64,000 nucleotides of DNA from a phage: the sequence record NC_100372.1; one strand, given 5' to 3'. The translations under genes were made by a program, and so were the position numbers. Positions within the stretch are counted from its first letter, which is position 1. Each line of letters opens with the position of its first letter. The notes under the pieces were generated by a model. That model was not told the origin of the DNA. It ran no database searches and saw only the letters and a program-made list of their open reading frames with translations. Of the stretch, positions 1 through 9,595 are shown one piece after another.

Positions 1-806
1 AGGTCTGCACCACAAGCTTTCAGCATCTCTGCCATAATGCTTGCTGGTGCTTCATCCATGTCGAACTCGCCATTAATGGTGTAACGGCGCTCACTGGTTC
101 CGTCCGCGTTTTTTACAGCCTCGTCGCATATGTTGGCAGCTTCCTTGAAGGACTCCCAGTTGATGGTTTCGTCAGGACATTTAAGGTACGTTCTTAGGTA
201 GTCCAGAATCACCAGGGCAGCGTTATTGGTATGCACCTCTTTACTGATACGAGGATCATAACATTTTTTACCAACCTTGACGAGTGTAACGTTTGGCAAC
301 CCAAAAGGAAACTTGTTAGGGTCAAACTTGAAGCTGGCACGTAGCCAACTGATCCCTCTACCTATCATGTCCGGTGTCCACGAAGGGCAGTGTGTGCCCA
401 TGAAAGGATCAGAGGTTTTTCTGTCGTTATGTAGCTCCCAAGATACCAAATCTCCATATGAGGAAATAGGATTACCGTCGATAAGTATATCTTCTATACC
501 TTCCAAGGGATGATTGGCAAGAACAATAGCACAATGAAGGGTTCTGTCCCTGTCCTGCTCCAAAAACGCAAGCAATCCAGATGTGCGTGTCTTCCCATAC
601 ACTACAGAGCAAGGTGCAGCAGAAGATCTGAGAAGCTTTTGTCTATCTTGCTGACTTCTGTAAGATTTGTTACCTTCGAAAATCTTATCCAAGGTTCTGG
701 TGGTAACAGTGTTCAGGCTGTCAGCCAGAGCTGCCTTGGATGCGTTCCAGTCATAGCTCGAAGATCTTGCAGAAGCAACGATGTTATCAATCATTGCAAT
801 TGGCAT
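1..806 (-). CDS. tail tip / host-specificity-like structural protein, partial (C-terminus lies beyond window start)
   Basis: Minus-strand frame open from ATG at 806-804 to position 1 with no stop (over 265 codons); start overlaps stop of upstream gene (ATTAATG); follows an NlpC/P60 K-like gene as in siphovirus tip modules. Not in the ORF track because no stop lies in the window. Confidence 0.35.
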   Translation of the reverse strand, partial: MPIAMIDNIVASARSSSYDWNASKAALADSLNTVTTRTLDKIFEGNKSYRSQQDRQKLLRSSAAPCSVVYGKTRTSGLLAFLEQDRDRTLHCAIVLANHPLEGIEDILIDGNPISSYGDLVSWELHNDRKTSDPFMGTHCPSWTPDMIGRGISWLRASFKFDPNKFPFGLPNVTLVKVGKKCYDPRISKEVHTNNAALVILDYLRTYLKCPDETINWESFKEAANICDEAVKNADGTSERRYTINGEFDMDEAPASIMAEMLKACGAD

Positions 807-1243
807 TAATACCTCCAGACATCAACAACGATAGAATCTTTCATGTCGAACATAAAGATCCCTTTATCACCTTTCGCCCAAATCTGATTGTTCCAGAACA
901 CACCAGCGGTGAGCCCGTTCAGACCTTCGAAAATAACAATATCGCCACGCTGAACCTGTTTAGGAGTATCCAGTCGAGTCAAAAAGAGATCAAAAATAGT
1001 AGGCAGATGTGTGGTTTTGAAACGAAGCATGCACCATCTCTTGCTTTCCAACTCTGTTTTATACGTTCCTTCAAAGTTAGAAAGAAAATCTGTTCCGTAT
1101 TGGGCATCAACACACTTAGCCGCAAAAGTGCAGCAATCGTGGAATCCCCATTCAAACGGGACGGTGGCTTCTTCGTCAAACACTTTCCACAATCTTTCTT
1201 GCCAGTCCACTAAACGAGGGTGTGTGCTCATTAAACCTCCCAA
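806..1243 (-). CDS. NlpC/P60-family tail protein (lambda gpK C-terminal-domain-like)
   Basis: 145 aa; motif FEWGFHDCCTF resembles the Cys-containing NlpC/P60 motif of lambda K (FEHGVTDCYTLF), with downstream QRGDIVIF / TAGVF similarity; position in tail module. Confidence 0.45.
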   Translation of the reverse strand: MGGLMSTHPRLVDWQERLWKVFDEEATVPFEWGFHDCCTFAAKCVDAQYGTDFLSNFEGTYKTELESKRWCMLRFKTTHLPTIFDLFLTRLDTPKQVQRGDIVIFEGLNGLTAGVFWNNQIWAKGDKGIFMFDMKDSIVVDVWRY

Positions 1244-1797
1244 ATGATCGGGCGGCTTGCCACCTGATCCACATATTTAAAAAATCTGTCATTATCGTTT
1301 CTTGAGCTATGGCTCTCCTCTGTGTATCGATAAGGAAAACCTCTTAACCAGCTGTTGAAGATGGAAGATATGGATATGGACAAAGCACTATTCTCCCCTG
1401 TCTGAATAGCCATGTCTGTTATAAGGCCGTCAAACAAGCCATTGGTTGTAACAGGTAAACCATTCTCCATGGCTGTGATATACAACGTGGCACGACAACC
1501 CGAATACTCTGTCTTCAGCAGATCACCTACATACTTGGGATCAAACCCGTTCAATGTTGCTACCACAGACCCAAAGTTGGTGGCATCTTTCTCAGATACA
1601 GCAGTCAATGTTGCTGATCCCCCTATCCCTATAAAATGTTGCCCCTCAATCACCACAACACCAGTTCCTGAGCACACCCTAACAGTCCCTGTTGGTAGCT
1701 CTAGCTTTGCAGCAATTAAGATCTCAACACTATCAAGCTCCAGCTTTTCAAGAAATAAATTATCTAATGGCGCTCTAATCATCTTAGAAATCCTCAA
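1231..1797 (-). CDS. hypothetical tail-associated protein
   Basis: 188-aa ORF, overlaps neighbours by a few codons within the minus-strand late operon. Confidence 0.3.
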   Translation of the reverse strand: MRISKMIRAPLDNLFLEKLELDSVEILIAAKLELPTGTVRVCSGTGVVVIEGQHFIGIGGSATLTAVSEKDATNFGSVVATLNGFDPKYVGDLLKTEYSGCRATLYITAMENGLPVTTNGLFDGLITDMAIQTGENSALSISISSIFNSWLRGFPYRYTEESHSSRNDNDRFFKYVDQVASRPIIWEV

Positions 1798-2374
1798 AGA
1801 AGTTGATAACTATATTATCACCTTTTTGCATAGCATCGACTTTTTGCTTAATTTTATAAATATCCCTGATATGAAACCTACCCTTTGGGGATTGAGTTAT
1901 TATCTTCATAGTGTCCCCTGCGGCAATAGGTTTTCTAAGTCTTGGAGATATGCTTATAACAGCAGACCCAACACCATCGCTGCGCACTGGAGCTGTTACC
2001 ACTTTCAATTCATCGTTAACAGATATTTTATCCCCAGCTCTAGCTATGTCTCTGTTTGGCTCCCATCCGACCGTCTTCAAAAAATCGTCGTTACCAGTAG
2101 GCCCAAGGGCGATTGGCTCATTAGCTGTTACTGAGTGACCGTACGTTTTAATAAGAAAAATGTTCCCATCTTTATACACCTGATCAACAAAGCTCTTAAG
2201 CTCTAGCAGCTGTGACTCGCTGATATTGGAAACCGTCAAAGTGCCTTTCCAGTTAGGTGTGGCATAGGTCACTTTTTGCGTTTTACCTGTAAACGGACTT
2301 TTAAACGTAACAATATCTGCCAGCAGCTCCAATCTGATGTCTGGAAGGTATCTAGGCCTTTCCCATAAAAACAT
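1784..2374 (-). CDS. hypothetical tail-associated protein
   Basis: 196-aa ORF directly downstream of the long fibre gene and its terminator. Confidence 0.3.
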   Translation of the reverse strand: MFLWERPRYLPDIRLELLADIVTFKSPFTGKTQKVTYATPNWKGTLTVSNISESQLLELKSFVDQVYKDGNIFLIKTYGHSVTANEPIALGPTGNDDFLKTVGWEPNRDIARAGDKISVNDELKVVTAPVRSDGVGSAVISISPRLRKPIAAGDTMKIITQSPKGRFHIRDIYKIKQKVDAMQKGDNIVINFFEDF

Positions 2375-2446
2375 TGTGCCTCCAGGTTAAACAATCATGA
2401 TAGTTATTTTACCAGATTTTGAGTTAATACGCAATACAAACAAAAA

Positions 2447-2466
2447 GCCCCCGCCGAAGCGAGGGC
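2447..2466 (-). terminator. rho-independent terminator after long tail fibre gene
   Basis: Minus strand reads GCCCTCGC-TTCG-GCGGGGGC followed by TTTTTGTTTG, immediately after the fibre stop at 2474. Confidence 0.5.
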
Positions 2467-2473
2467 AAAACAG

Positions 2474-5400
2474 TTACTTCAGTTTCTCTTGCAACCCAGT
2501 AACAACCTCTGTCAATTTTTTAACCTGCTCCTCAAGGGAGGTTATTTTATCATCCTGTTCCCTACAAACTTGGACAAGCAAGCCTGTCACAGCTGCGTAG
2601 TCAACATTATAGAATCTTTCCTCGGTCATCAGAGGAATACCATCTTGAGTAGAACCAGGAACCTCTTTCCTTTTCACGAAAGAACCAACCGCTTCAGGTA
2701 ATGCTTCCATAACCTCTTGAGCAATTACCCCCGCGTGAGGCATACCATTCTCTTTTAGAGTGTAGGTATAGCCCTTCATCTTACGGATAGCTTCCAGCGC
2801 GTTAGGAATAACCTCTATGTTATCCTTCAGGTCTCTATCAGAGCTCTGGCTCACAGTGGTGCACTCAACTACACCGTTGACAGCAAAATATCTTGACTTA
2901 GCCTCGTCTGCCCTAGCCCCGCAGTGGAATACCCAACTAGCAGAAGAAGAGTTGTCGTTTATCTGAAACTCAAGAACGTTCTTCCTGTCTGCGCCGTTAC
3001 CCCAATAGTACATTCTACCTGAATTGGCGGGTAAGTTATCGGCGTTACTAGAAAGACTGTTAGCACCGACATGAATTTCCAGTTGATTACTGGTTTCACC
3101 AAAAGTGTAATTAGGTCTTAACTGGATGCCCTTACCAGCATCGTGTCTCCATTCTTCCCAAGTAAAGACATCGCCAACGTAGTTACCAGCACGAGTATAT
3201 CTGTCACCAAAATAGGTGATATATTCCTGCACACAACCTTGAGGTCTGTTAGCTGTGTTTTTGTAAACAAGCAGTGTACCAGCGTACGGAGCAGGGTAGT
3301 GGCGATCTATTACAAGTGCGTCAGCGTTTGAACCTTGGTGATAGAAACCTTCACGGCTACCATCATAGGCATTAAGGTCTTCTGTCCCCAGACCTTGACC
3401 ACGGTGCTGAATAACTTTGTTCCACGCCCTGTGGTTACCACCCTCAATAGATCTGGTGTATAACTGATCAAGGCGACCAGCCATTTGGAAAGCATAGTTT
3501 CCAGAAAACGCCACAGACAGTCCACCAACAACCATCGAACCTTCTGGCCCGTTGACGTTGCCAGCCATTATTTTTGACGGGTTATTAGGCCCGAACTGGT
3601 TGTTCCAGTCTCCACCAGTATGACATACAAAACCACCAGGGGCTGAGAAAGTACCATCTTTGTTGAAGTTGTAGAATCTGTGAGCGGAACCTACAACATC
3701 ACGAACAATAACTTGACCAGCTTCTGGAGTAGACCTGAACTCTGCTTGGCCTTGAAGGCCAGCACCATTACCGCATTTAGAGGTAAACGTGCCGTTAGTT
3801 AGATCCTCTGTTCCGTCAGATGCACACTGGAACCCTGCATTAGAGAATAACGCCTTTCTAGGACTGCCGTAGCACAAATAGTCAAGACCGTCTGCCCACA
3901 GCTCGACTTTAGGCATGTTCGTTTTGCTCATCACTGCATAGCGTTCAGGAGTCCCCAGGTAGTGCCACATAGTTCCACCACCAGTGTAGAAACCTGATGT
4001 TCCTTTGAACTCAACCAGAGGTCTGGTGTTTGTTACATCATCACCTTTGATTGCAAGACTCAAATCTGCAGATTCCAGAGGAGCACAGAACTTGACACCA
4101 TCTTGGTTACCTGTCACGTTGCCTACTTGCCAATCAGCCTCCCTGGTTGACACTTCTATTACAGTAGCGCCAGCATATACTGTAACAGGGAATGCACGTG
4201 CCTCTACATAGAATGCAACATACTCCTGCTTACCTCTGGTTGGAGATACACATCCGAGGATTGCTCTCTCGTTTTGGTAGAAATTAATAACCCCTTGGAA
4301 AGAATCACCTCTGTCCGTCCAGCCACCAGTTCTGTAGTGACACTGTAGTGTAGCACAGTTCATTGGGTCGCCGCCAGAAGAAGATCTGGTGACAATGGTT
4401 AAATCTGTCCCGATAGTTGCTGCAAAGTTGGGGTCAGTTCTGACGATAATAGGATAATACTTACCGTCCTGCATAGCTGCAGTTCTGGGCAGGTTTACAT
4501 ATGGTCTAGCGCCTGCTGCCAGAGGGATTCTGAATTGTGCTTGAGCATCCCCTACAGTCCTGGCACTGGTACCACCACAAGCTATCGGTAGTGGTTCCCA
4601 TTTGGCTTTCCGGTTGTTATAAACACCCCACTCAAGCGTTCCTTCACCTTGCTCGTCCATACCGCCATCCCAGATGACCATCTTGGCGGCTTTCTTAGAT
4701 CCCCAGAAACCTCTTTCTGCCCTTGAACTGCGGATCCATTCTCCAAGTCCCCAGTTTGCCAGCTGACCGTTCAGATCACCAACCTGCATATATTTAGGAC
4801 AATCTAAGACCCCATCCTCGCGGAAGCCTAAATATCTATGAGTTTCAGATCCTTTTGCGCCTTTGTGCAGGTGGATTGTCAACCAAGCCTTATTGTCGTT
4901 TCTTACCTCAGAGTAGATCCTATACCCATGCTCAAGGACACCGTCAGCGCTGTATTTGTCCCCGTTAACAATACCTGATGCCGACTTAACATCAGCCGAG
5001 CTTTGAGACAGGTAAAGGTGCCCGAAGGTAGGAGAATTCCTAGACCCAAGACCGATGTGCGATCTAAAGGTCTCATCGTTACGAGGTCTGACCATCGGCT
5101 GCCATGCAGTCCACTGGTTTGTGTTGGCCTGATAGGTTCTCAAATACCAAACATCTACGTTAGAGAATGGGTAGTATTCCTGACGACAGCCTGTACCGCC
5201 GTTAGCATTGTTCTGCCAGACAATCAAGTGACCAGCACCAGAACCTGCAGGGTAACCATTTGCCTCAGTTGCATAAGCAGTCATCGGCTGGTAGTATATA
5301 CCATCCTGATTACCAGTCAAGTTATTGATATTAAAATTTGACTCAAGGGCTGCACGTTGCTTATAGAAAGCCCCTAAATTAATGCGTGCACCTGCGGCAT

Positions 5401-6283
5401 CTCTGGCCCCTGTACCGCCCTGCTCTATAGCAAGAGGTTGCCACGAGGCTGTTTGTTGGTTCCACATACCCCAACGGCCTGTTGCATCAAGCTGCAAGTA
5501 CCCTGCCGTGTTTAAATCATCTCCGGCACGGATAACTGTTCTTGTTGGGTTGTTTGCCTCCAGGCGTTTAAATTCGTCACGAAGTGCTATTCTTTTTGTT
5601 GTTGCTACACCGTTGGCTACTGCAATGGTATACATGGCTCCGGAGGTAGCGCCACGGAAAATGCCATCAACAGTTGTAGTATCACGACGAGATACCACAC
5701 CGTTCAGAAATTTTTCACCCGCCGCTTCAGAAGGGTAGTTAGTAGTTCTTCCCTCTTCAATAACTGCAGGACCAACAAAGTTGACAAGGTGAATAACATC
5801 GCCTACAGTATGCACTGTGCCAAAATCTACCCGCTGTGCAAGTGCTTTAGCATCGTTGGCTGTCTGAACAGTAACATCCATTACATCCTGGACAGACTGC
5901 CCTTCGGCTGTCATGATCATAGATGCGCCAATGGTAGACTCCAGCTCCTCCCTTAAGGACGGATCTGTATATACCATCCACGCAGCGTCAGTAATCCCAC
6001 CGTCAGAATATGGTGAAGACAGTGCAGGGACAGTGTGTGGAAATTCGCCTTTCCAACGCAGGTATAGATCTTCCTCTTCGAAGTAGGCAAAATCCATTGG
6101 GCCGTTTAACTTACCACCTTCCTTAAAGGAGATTACATGAGAAACAGTCCCATCCACATGGACAACATCGCCAATTTTCACACGACGGGTCAGGTCTGGT
6201 TGTTGAACAACCAGGTAATCATCCTCTGTCACTGCGGTAGTGGCAGGAAGAGATTCAATTCTGACAACTTTAATATCAGCCAT
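2474..6283 (-). CDS. long tail fibre protein with C-terminal intramolecular chaperone (peptidase S74-like) domain
   Basis: 1269 aa; C-terminus DRDLKDNIEVIPNALEAIRKMKGYTYTLKENGMPHAGVIAQEVMEALPEAVG matches the auto-cleaving chaperone domain of endosialidase and T5 L-shaped-fibre type proteins; Gly/Thr/Asn-rich repetitive body; N-terminus paralogous to ORF 8918..9586. Confidence 0.8.
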   Translation of the reverse strand: MADIKVVRIESLPATTAVTEDDYLVVQQPDLTRRVKIGDVVHVDGTVSHVISFKEGGKLNGPMDFAYFEEEDLYLRWKGEFPHTVPALSSPYSDGGITDAAWMVYTDPSLREELESTIGASMIMTAEGQSVQDVMDVTVQTANDAKALAQRVDFGTVHTVGDVIHLVNFVGPAVIEEGRTTNYPSEAAGEKFLNGVVSRRDTTTVDGIFRGATSGAMYTIAVANGVATTKRIALRDEFKRLEANNPTRTVIRAGDDLNTAGYLQLDATGRWGMWNQQTASWQPLAIEQGGTGARDAAGARINLGAFYKQRAALESNFNINNLTGNQDGIYYQPMTAYATEANGYPAGSGAGHLIVWQNNANGGTGCRQEYYPFSNVDVWYLRTYQANTNQWTAWQPMVRPRNDETFRSHIGLGSRNSPTFGHLYLSQSSADVKSASGIVNGDKYSADGVLEHGYRIYSEVRNDNKAWLTIHLHKGAKGSETHRYLGFREDGVLDCPKYMQVGDLNGQLANWGLGEWIRSSRAERGFWGSKKAAKMVIWDGGMDEQGEGTLEWGVYNNRKAKWEPLPIACGGTSARTVGDAQAQFRIPLAAGARPYVNLPRTAAMQDGKYYPIIVRTDPNFAATIGTDLTIVTRSSSGGDPMNCATLQCHYRTGGWTDRGDSFQGVINFYQNERAILGCVSPTRGKQEYVAFYVEARAFPVTVYAGATVIEVSTREADWQVGNVTGNQDGVKFCAPLESADLSLAIKGDDVTNTRPLVEFKGTSGFYTGGGTMWHYLGTPERYAVMSKTNMPKVELWADGLDYLCYGSPRKALFSNAGFQCASDGTEDLTNGTFTSKCGNGAGLQGQAEFRSTPEAGQVIVRDVVGSAHRFYNFNKDGTFSAPGGFVCHTGGDWNNQFGPNNPSKIMAGNVNGPEGSMVVGGLSVAFSGNYAFQMAGRLDQLYTRSIEGGNHRAWNKVIQHRGQGLGTEDLNAYDGSREGFYHQGSNADALVIDRHYPAPYAGTLLVYKNTANRPQGCVQEYITYFGDRYTRAGNYVGDVFTWEEWRHDAGKGIQLRPNYTFGETSNQLEIHVGANSLSSNADNLPANSGRMYYWGNGADRKNVLEFQINDNSSSASWVFHCGARADEAKSRYFAVNGVVECTTVSQSSDRDLKDNIEVIPNALEAIRKMKGYTYTLKENGMPHAGVIAQEVMEALPEAVGSFVKRKEVPGSTQDGIPLMTEERFYNVDYAAVTGLLVQVCREQDDKITSLEEQVKKLTEVVTGLQEKLK

Positions 6284-6318
6284 TCTTTCTCCTGAAAGGG
6301 GGCAAACAGCCCCCTATG

Positions 6319-8916
6319 TTAAAGGTACAATCCACGGTATTGAGCATAAAGGCCAAGACCGCGAAGGATTTCGCCAGAGTGATAGCCTACCGGATCAGAA
6401 ACTGCCCAGCAGCCATTTAAAACATTATCCCCATTAATAAAGTGGTGCTTTTGCAGTAGCTTCATACAGGCTTCTACAACAATATCTATTTGAGGTATTG
6501 TTTCTGAATACCCGCACAGACCTAGCCAGCAGCAACCTGCAAGCCATTCACCTACCACCCACATCCTATCTCCTCTATCTTGATAAGAGTATCCACCAGA
6601 GGTGTTAAAGTCTGTAGGCAAATTTCCTGAATGGGATGACTGGAATCTGTTGAGGAACCATGCCCATTTCTGGCAGAACAGGAACAGTCTTTCATCAACA
6701 GGCTCTTTATGTTTCTTGAGCTCATATATTGTGCGGCACGCAGCAACAAAAGATCTTGACTGGAGCTTAGAGTTATCTACCATCTCCCACCAACCAGTCA
6801 ACCCTTCATTACCTCTTTGCCATACATAACGTGAGGCAACTGGACCCTCTGTCTTAAATGTATTGTTATACCAGACTTGAGAGTCATACAGAAAGCCTAT
6901 TGTATTTGACAATCTATGGCGGTCTATGTTTTCTGCACCCATGCAGTAGACTGCTGGGTATTGCATACCAGGACAGGGCCAACTTGGCCTTTCCTCTAAG
7001 AGATAATTTTCCTTATCTATCACCTTTCCGGCAGGGAACACACCTGGGGTGTGCCTGTAGGCACCTTGCTTGTAGTTTCTGACATAGCAATCACCAACCT
7101 TGGCGGTTGATTCTGTCTTGCTTGCCATCCATACGCTAAACCAGATTAGATAAGCATCCCTATCTGCAACATAAAATTGCGGCAGTGTGTTGACGCAATA
7201 CAGATCGAACAAGCCATTACCTATCTGCCTGTCGCTCAGACTGAAATCTACAGAGGTAATTCCTTTAGGGTTAGCAAAGAAAGGTTTAATCTCATCTTCT
7301 GTGTGATGAGGTTGTGTTGGGTCTAGTTTAAAATCACCTAGGGTAAGAGTTTCTGTTACCCATTGCCCGTTAGTGGCATATAGATCAGCATACCATAACC
7401 AACGGTCTTTGTCAAGAAATTTGACCCTTACCATCTCATCATCTGATCGATAAGTCACTGAGTTTAAAGAAATCTCTCTTCCAAAATTGAAAGTTACTTT
7501 GCCTCTTACTATATTGCAACGGGTGAAGTTGTCGGAGTGGTTGTAAATGTCGGTACCATACTGCATACTGACACTCGCGCCACCGCTTACGGTAATGTTT
7601 TCCTCTTTTGGCAAGAGATACGGGTTACCGTCTTTACCAACCACCTCCACGAAATCGGTGACCTTGGCAACTGTCTCTGTTACCTCTGCCCCTCCAAAAG
7701 GGACCCCTATCCTATACTGTTTTTTGTTATTGTTGCCATCATTAAGGATGAAATGTGGCTGGAACAGGACCCCTTCTCCTCCAAAATTCATAACAATTTC
7801 GGCATCTCTGCCTATTTTGTATGTAGTCCCTTTTTGGATTATTTCGCAAGGCTGGCGTGCGTTCATTCTAAAATTGATATATCCGTCACTATCCCTACTC
7901 ATGACAGGTACTGTTCCTGCAACTAGACAAGCGCCATCTGTGAACGGGGCCTTAATCAACGTGGTCTTTCTGAACAGCTTGTCGTAGGCATTTATATCAC
8001 TAAAATTAAGCAACTTATTGTAAGACTGCTTAAACGCGGTGTAATACTTTTCCTCACCTGTCAGGGTGTAGAGTTGATAACAAGCGTCACACCACATCTC
8101 TTCCCCATCTAACTCTGGGGCTTGATTGTCTGCAACCACGTTTATAGGATTTACAATTACAGGGGATCCAGCAGGTATCACCGATCCGCCCTGCTCTTGA
8201 GGCAATCTCACACAATAGGTAACCTTGTGGTTGCCTGTAACACCCTTATCTTGCAGTTGGATTGTGCCGAACTCTGCAGACGTATGACCACTGTCGGCTA
8301 TGCTACCGTTGGCCCAATAGCGGTTACCATCCCATGCTATATACCACTCAACCCACCAACTTAATCCGGAAGTTGTCCAATTAGGATTAGCATCTGTGCC
8401 GCCGTAAACATCAGAGTCTACAGTGTTTCTTCCTAAAACACCGTTATACGCCTGAAAAGCCTTGTCCAAGTATTCTCCCCATGTCGGGGATCCTGCTGGG
8501 ATTTTTCCTCTACCTTTGTTAAAAGACACAACCACATCTTTAAACCCACCATGTGATGGAACTCCATCTGTGGATAACGGGTAGTGGGACAATCTTTGCA
8601 TTTTACTTTCTACTGCATATACTCCCAGAAGATGACTGTTGTAGGCTTCCCAAGCCTCTTTGGCCCTGTCCAGATAAAAATCGCTTTTTGATGCCCTGTA
8701 TGCCTCAATGTATCCCAGAATCAACACAGCTTGGGACTCATGCATTGCCCAATCATTATTTATCTTACTTCCTGACCAACCTGACGCTATAAGTCCATCC
8801 TGGTTTACCAGTTTGTTCTGTGTAGGGAGATTGGTAATACCTGTGTTGTTATCGAGGCACTTCCTGTGCCCCTCGATCATCTGAAATACGTTATCAATGT
8901 TGTGTTGAATACGCAT
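6319..8916 (-). CDS. putative tailspike / enzymatic receptor-binding protein (possible depolymerase)
   Basis: 865 aa, Trp/Tyr-rich, enzyme-like N-terminal region (GWSGSKINNDWAMHESQAVLILGYIEAYRASKSDFYLDRAKEAWEAY); sits between the short fibre/adaptor and the long fibre. Confidence 0.4.
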   Translation of the reverse strand: MRIQHNIDNVFQMIEGHRKCLDNNTGITNLPTQNKLVNQDGLIASGWSGSKINNDWAMHESQAVLILGYIEAYRASKSDFYLDRAKEAWEAYNSHLLGVYAVESKMQRLSHYPLSTDGVPSHGGFKDVVVSFNKGRGKIPAGSPTWGEYLDKAFQAYNGVLGRNTVDSDVYGGTDANPNWTTSGLSWWVEWYIAWDGNRYWANGSIADSGHTSAEFGTIQLQDKGVTGNHKVTYCVRLPQEQGGSVIPAGSPVIVNPINVVADNQAPELDGEEMWCDACYQLYTLTGEEKYYTAFKQSYNKLLNFSDINAYDKLFRKTTLIKAPFTDGACLVAGTVPVMSRDSDGYINFRMNARQPCEIIQKGTTYKIGRDAEIVMNFGGEGVLFQPHFILNDGNNNKKQYRIGVPFGGAEVTETVAKVTDFVEVVGKDGNPYLLPKEENITVSGGASVSMQYGTDIYNHSDNFTRCNIVRGKVTFNFGREISLNSVTYRSDDEMVRVKFLDKDRWLWYADLYATNGQWVTETLTLGDFKLDPTQPHHTEDEIKPFFANPKGITSVDFSLSDRQIGNGLFDLYCVNTLPQFYVADRDAYLIWFSVWMASKTESTAKVGDCYVRNYKQGAYRHTPGVFPAGKVIDKENYLLEERPSWPCPGMQYPAVYCMGAENIDRHRLSNTIGFLYDSQVWYNNTFKTEGPVASRYVWQRGNEGLTGWWEMVDNSKLQSRSFVAACRTIYELKKHKEPVDERLFLFCQKWAWFLNRFQSSHSGNLPTDFNTSGGYSYQDRGDRMWVVGEWLAGCCWLGLCGYSETIPQIDIVVEACMKLLQKHHFINGDNVLNGCWAVSDPVGYHSGEILRGLGLYAQYRGLYL

Positions 8917-8917
8917 C

Positions 8918-9586
8918 TTAGATAGCTCCTGCGATGATCAGTGCCCCGTACCAAGTTAGTCCATTATCATATGTTTCCAACTTGAAAATGTCTGTTGCAC
9001 CAGCTGTAAATGTTAGGATAGGATCTCTTCCGTAGGCCCATTTAACATTGTCAGGCCAATAAACTTTGTTACCACCAGAGGTCTGCGTTATGCATACAGT
9101 TATAGTTCTTGCCACTCCGTCGAGCCCTTCTGTTTGATTTTCAAAAGAGATTGTGGTGTTTGAAGTGAGCCGAACTTTAAACGTGTCTGCAACGTCAAGA
9201 TCCATGTCAAGTTGACCACCAATAGAGCCGTAATCAACTATCCTACCTGAAGAAGTTGCAGCAAGCTCTCCAAAAACAGACCATGCTTTTGCAGACACAC
9301 CTCCGGCACCCTCTACAGTGGAATCTGGGAGGATTATTTTAGGATAATCTCCATTCCATGTGTAGTAGCGCTTAGTTTCCGGATCATAAGCAAAATCCTT
9401 CTTGCTCTTAAGATAACCGCCCTCTGTGAAATAAACTATTTTAGTAATGCTAAGATCATTGACAACATCATCAATCTTAGCCTTTCTTGTCCCGTCAGTC
9501 TGGTTGACAACCAAGAAGTCATCACTCAAGACTGTTTCTGCATCTTCAAGATCTGGGATTGGTATTGTAGGATAAGCTACAGCCAT
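8918..9586 (-). CDS. short tail fibre / adaptor protein sharing the N-terminal anchor domain of the long fibre
   Basis: 222 aa; N-terminus (IPDLEDAETVLSDDFLVVNQTDGTRKAKIDDVVND...FTEGGYLKSKKDFAYDPE) aligns by eye with the long-fibre N-terminus (LPATTAVTEDDYLVVQQPDLTRRVKIGDVVHVD...FKEGGKLNGPMDFAYFEE). Confidence 0.5.
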   Translation of the reverse strand: MAVAYPTIPIPDLEDAETVLSDDFLVVNQTDGTRKAKIDDVVNDLSITKIVYFTEGGYLKSKKDFAYDPETKRYYTWNGDYPKIILPDSTVEGAGGVSAKAWSVFGELAATSSGRIVDYGSIGGQLDMDLDVADTFKVRLTSNTTISFENQTEGLDGVARTITVCITQTSGGNKVYWPDNVKWAYGRDPILTFTAGATDIFKLETYDNGLTWYGALIIAGAI

Positions 9587-9595
9587 GATTTCTCC

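Noticed and set aside
277-809. Plus-strand ORFs 277..513 and 510..809
   Set aside because: They lie antisense to a continuous minus-strand open frame (the partial tip-protein gene) that fits the operon and has translational coupling; treated as spurious.
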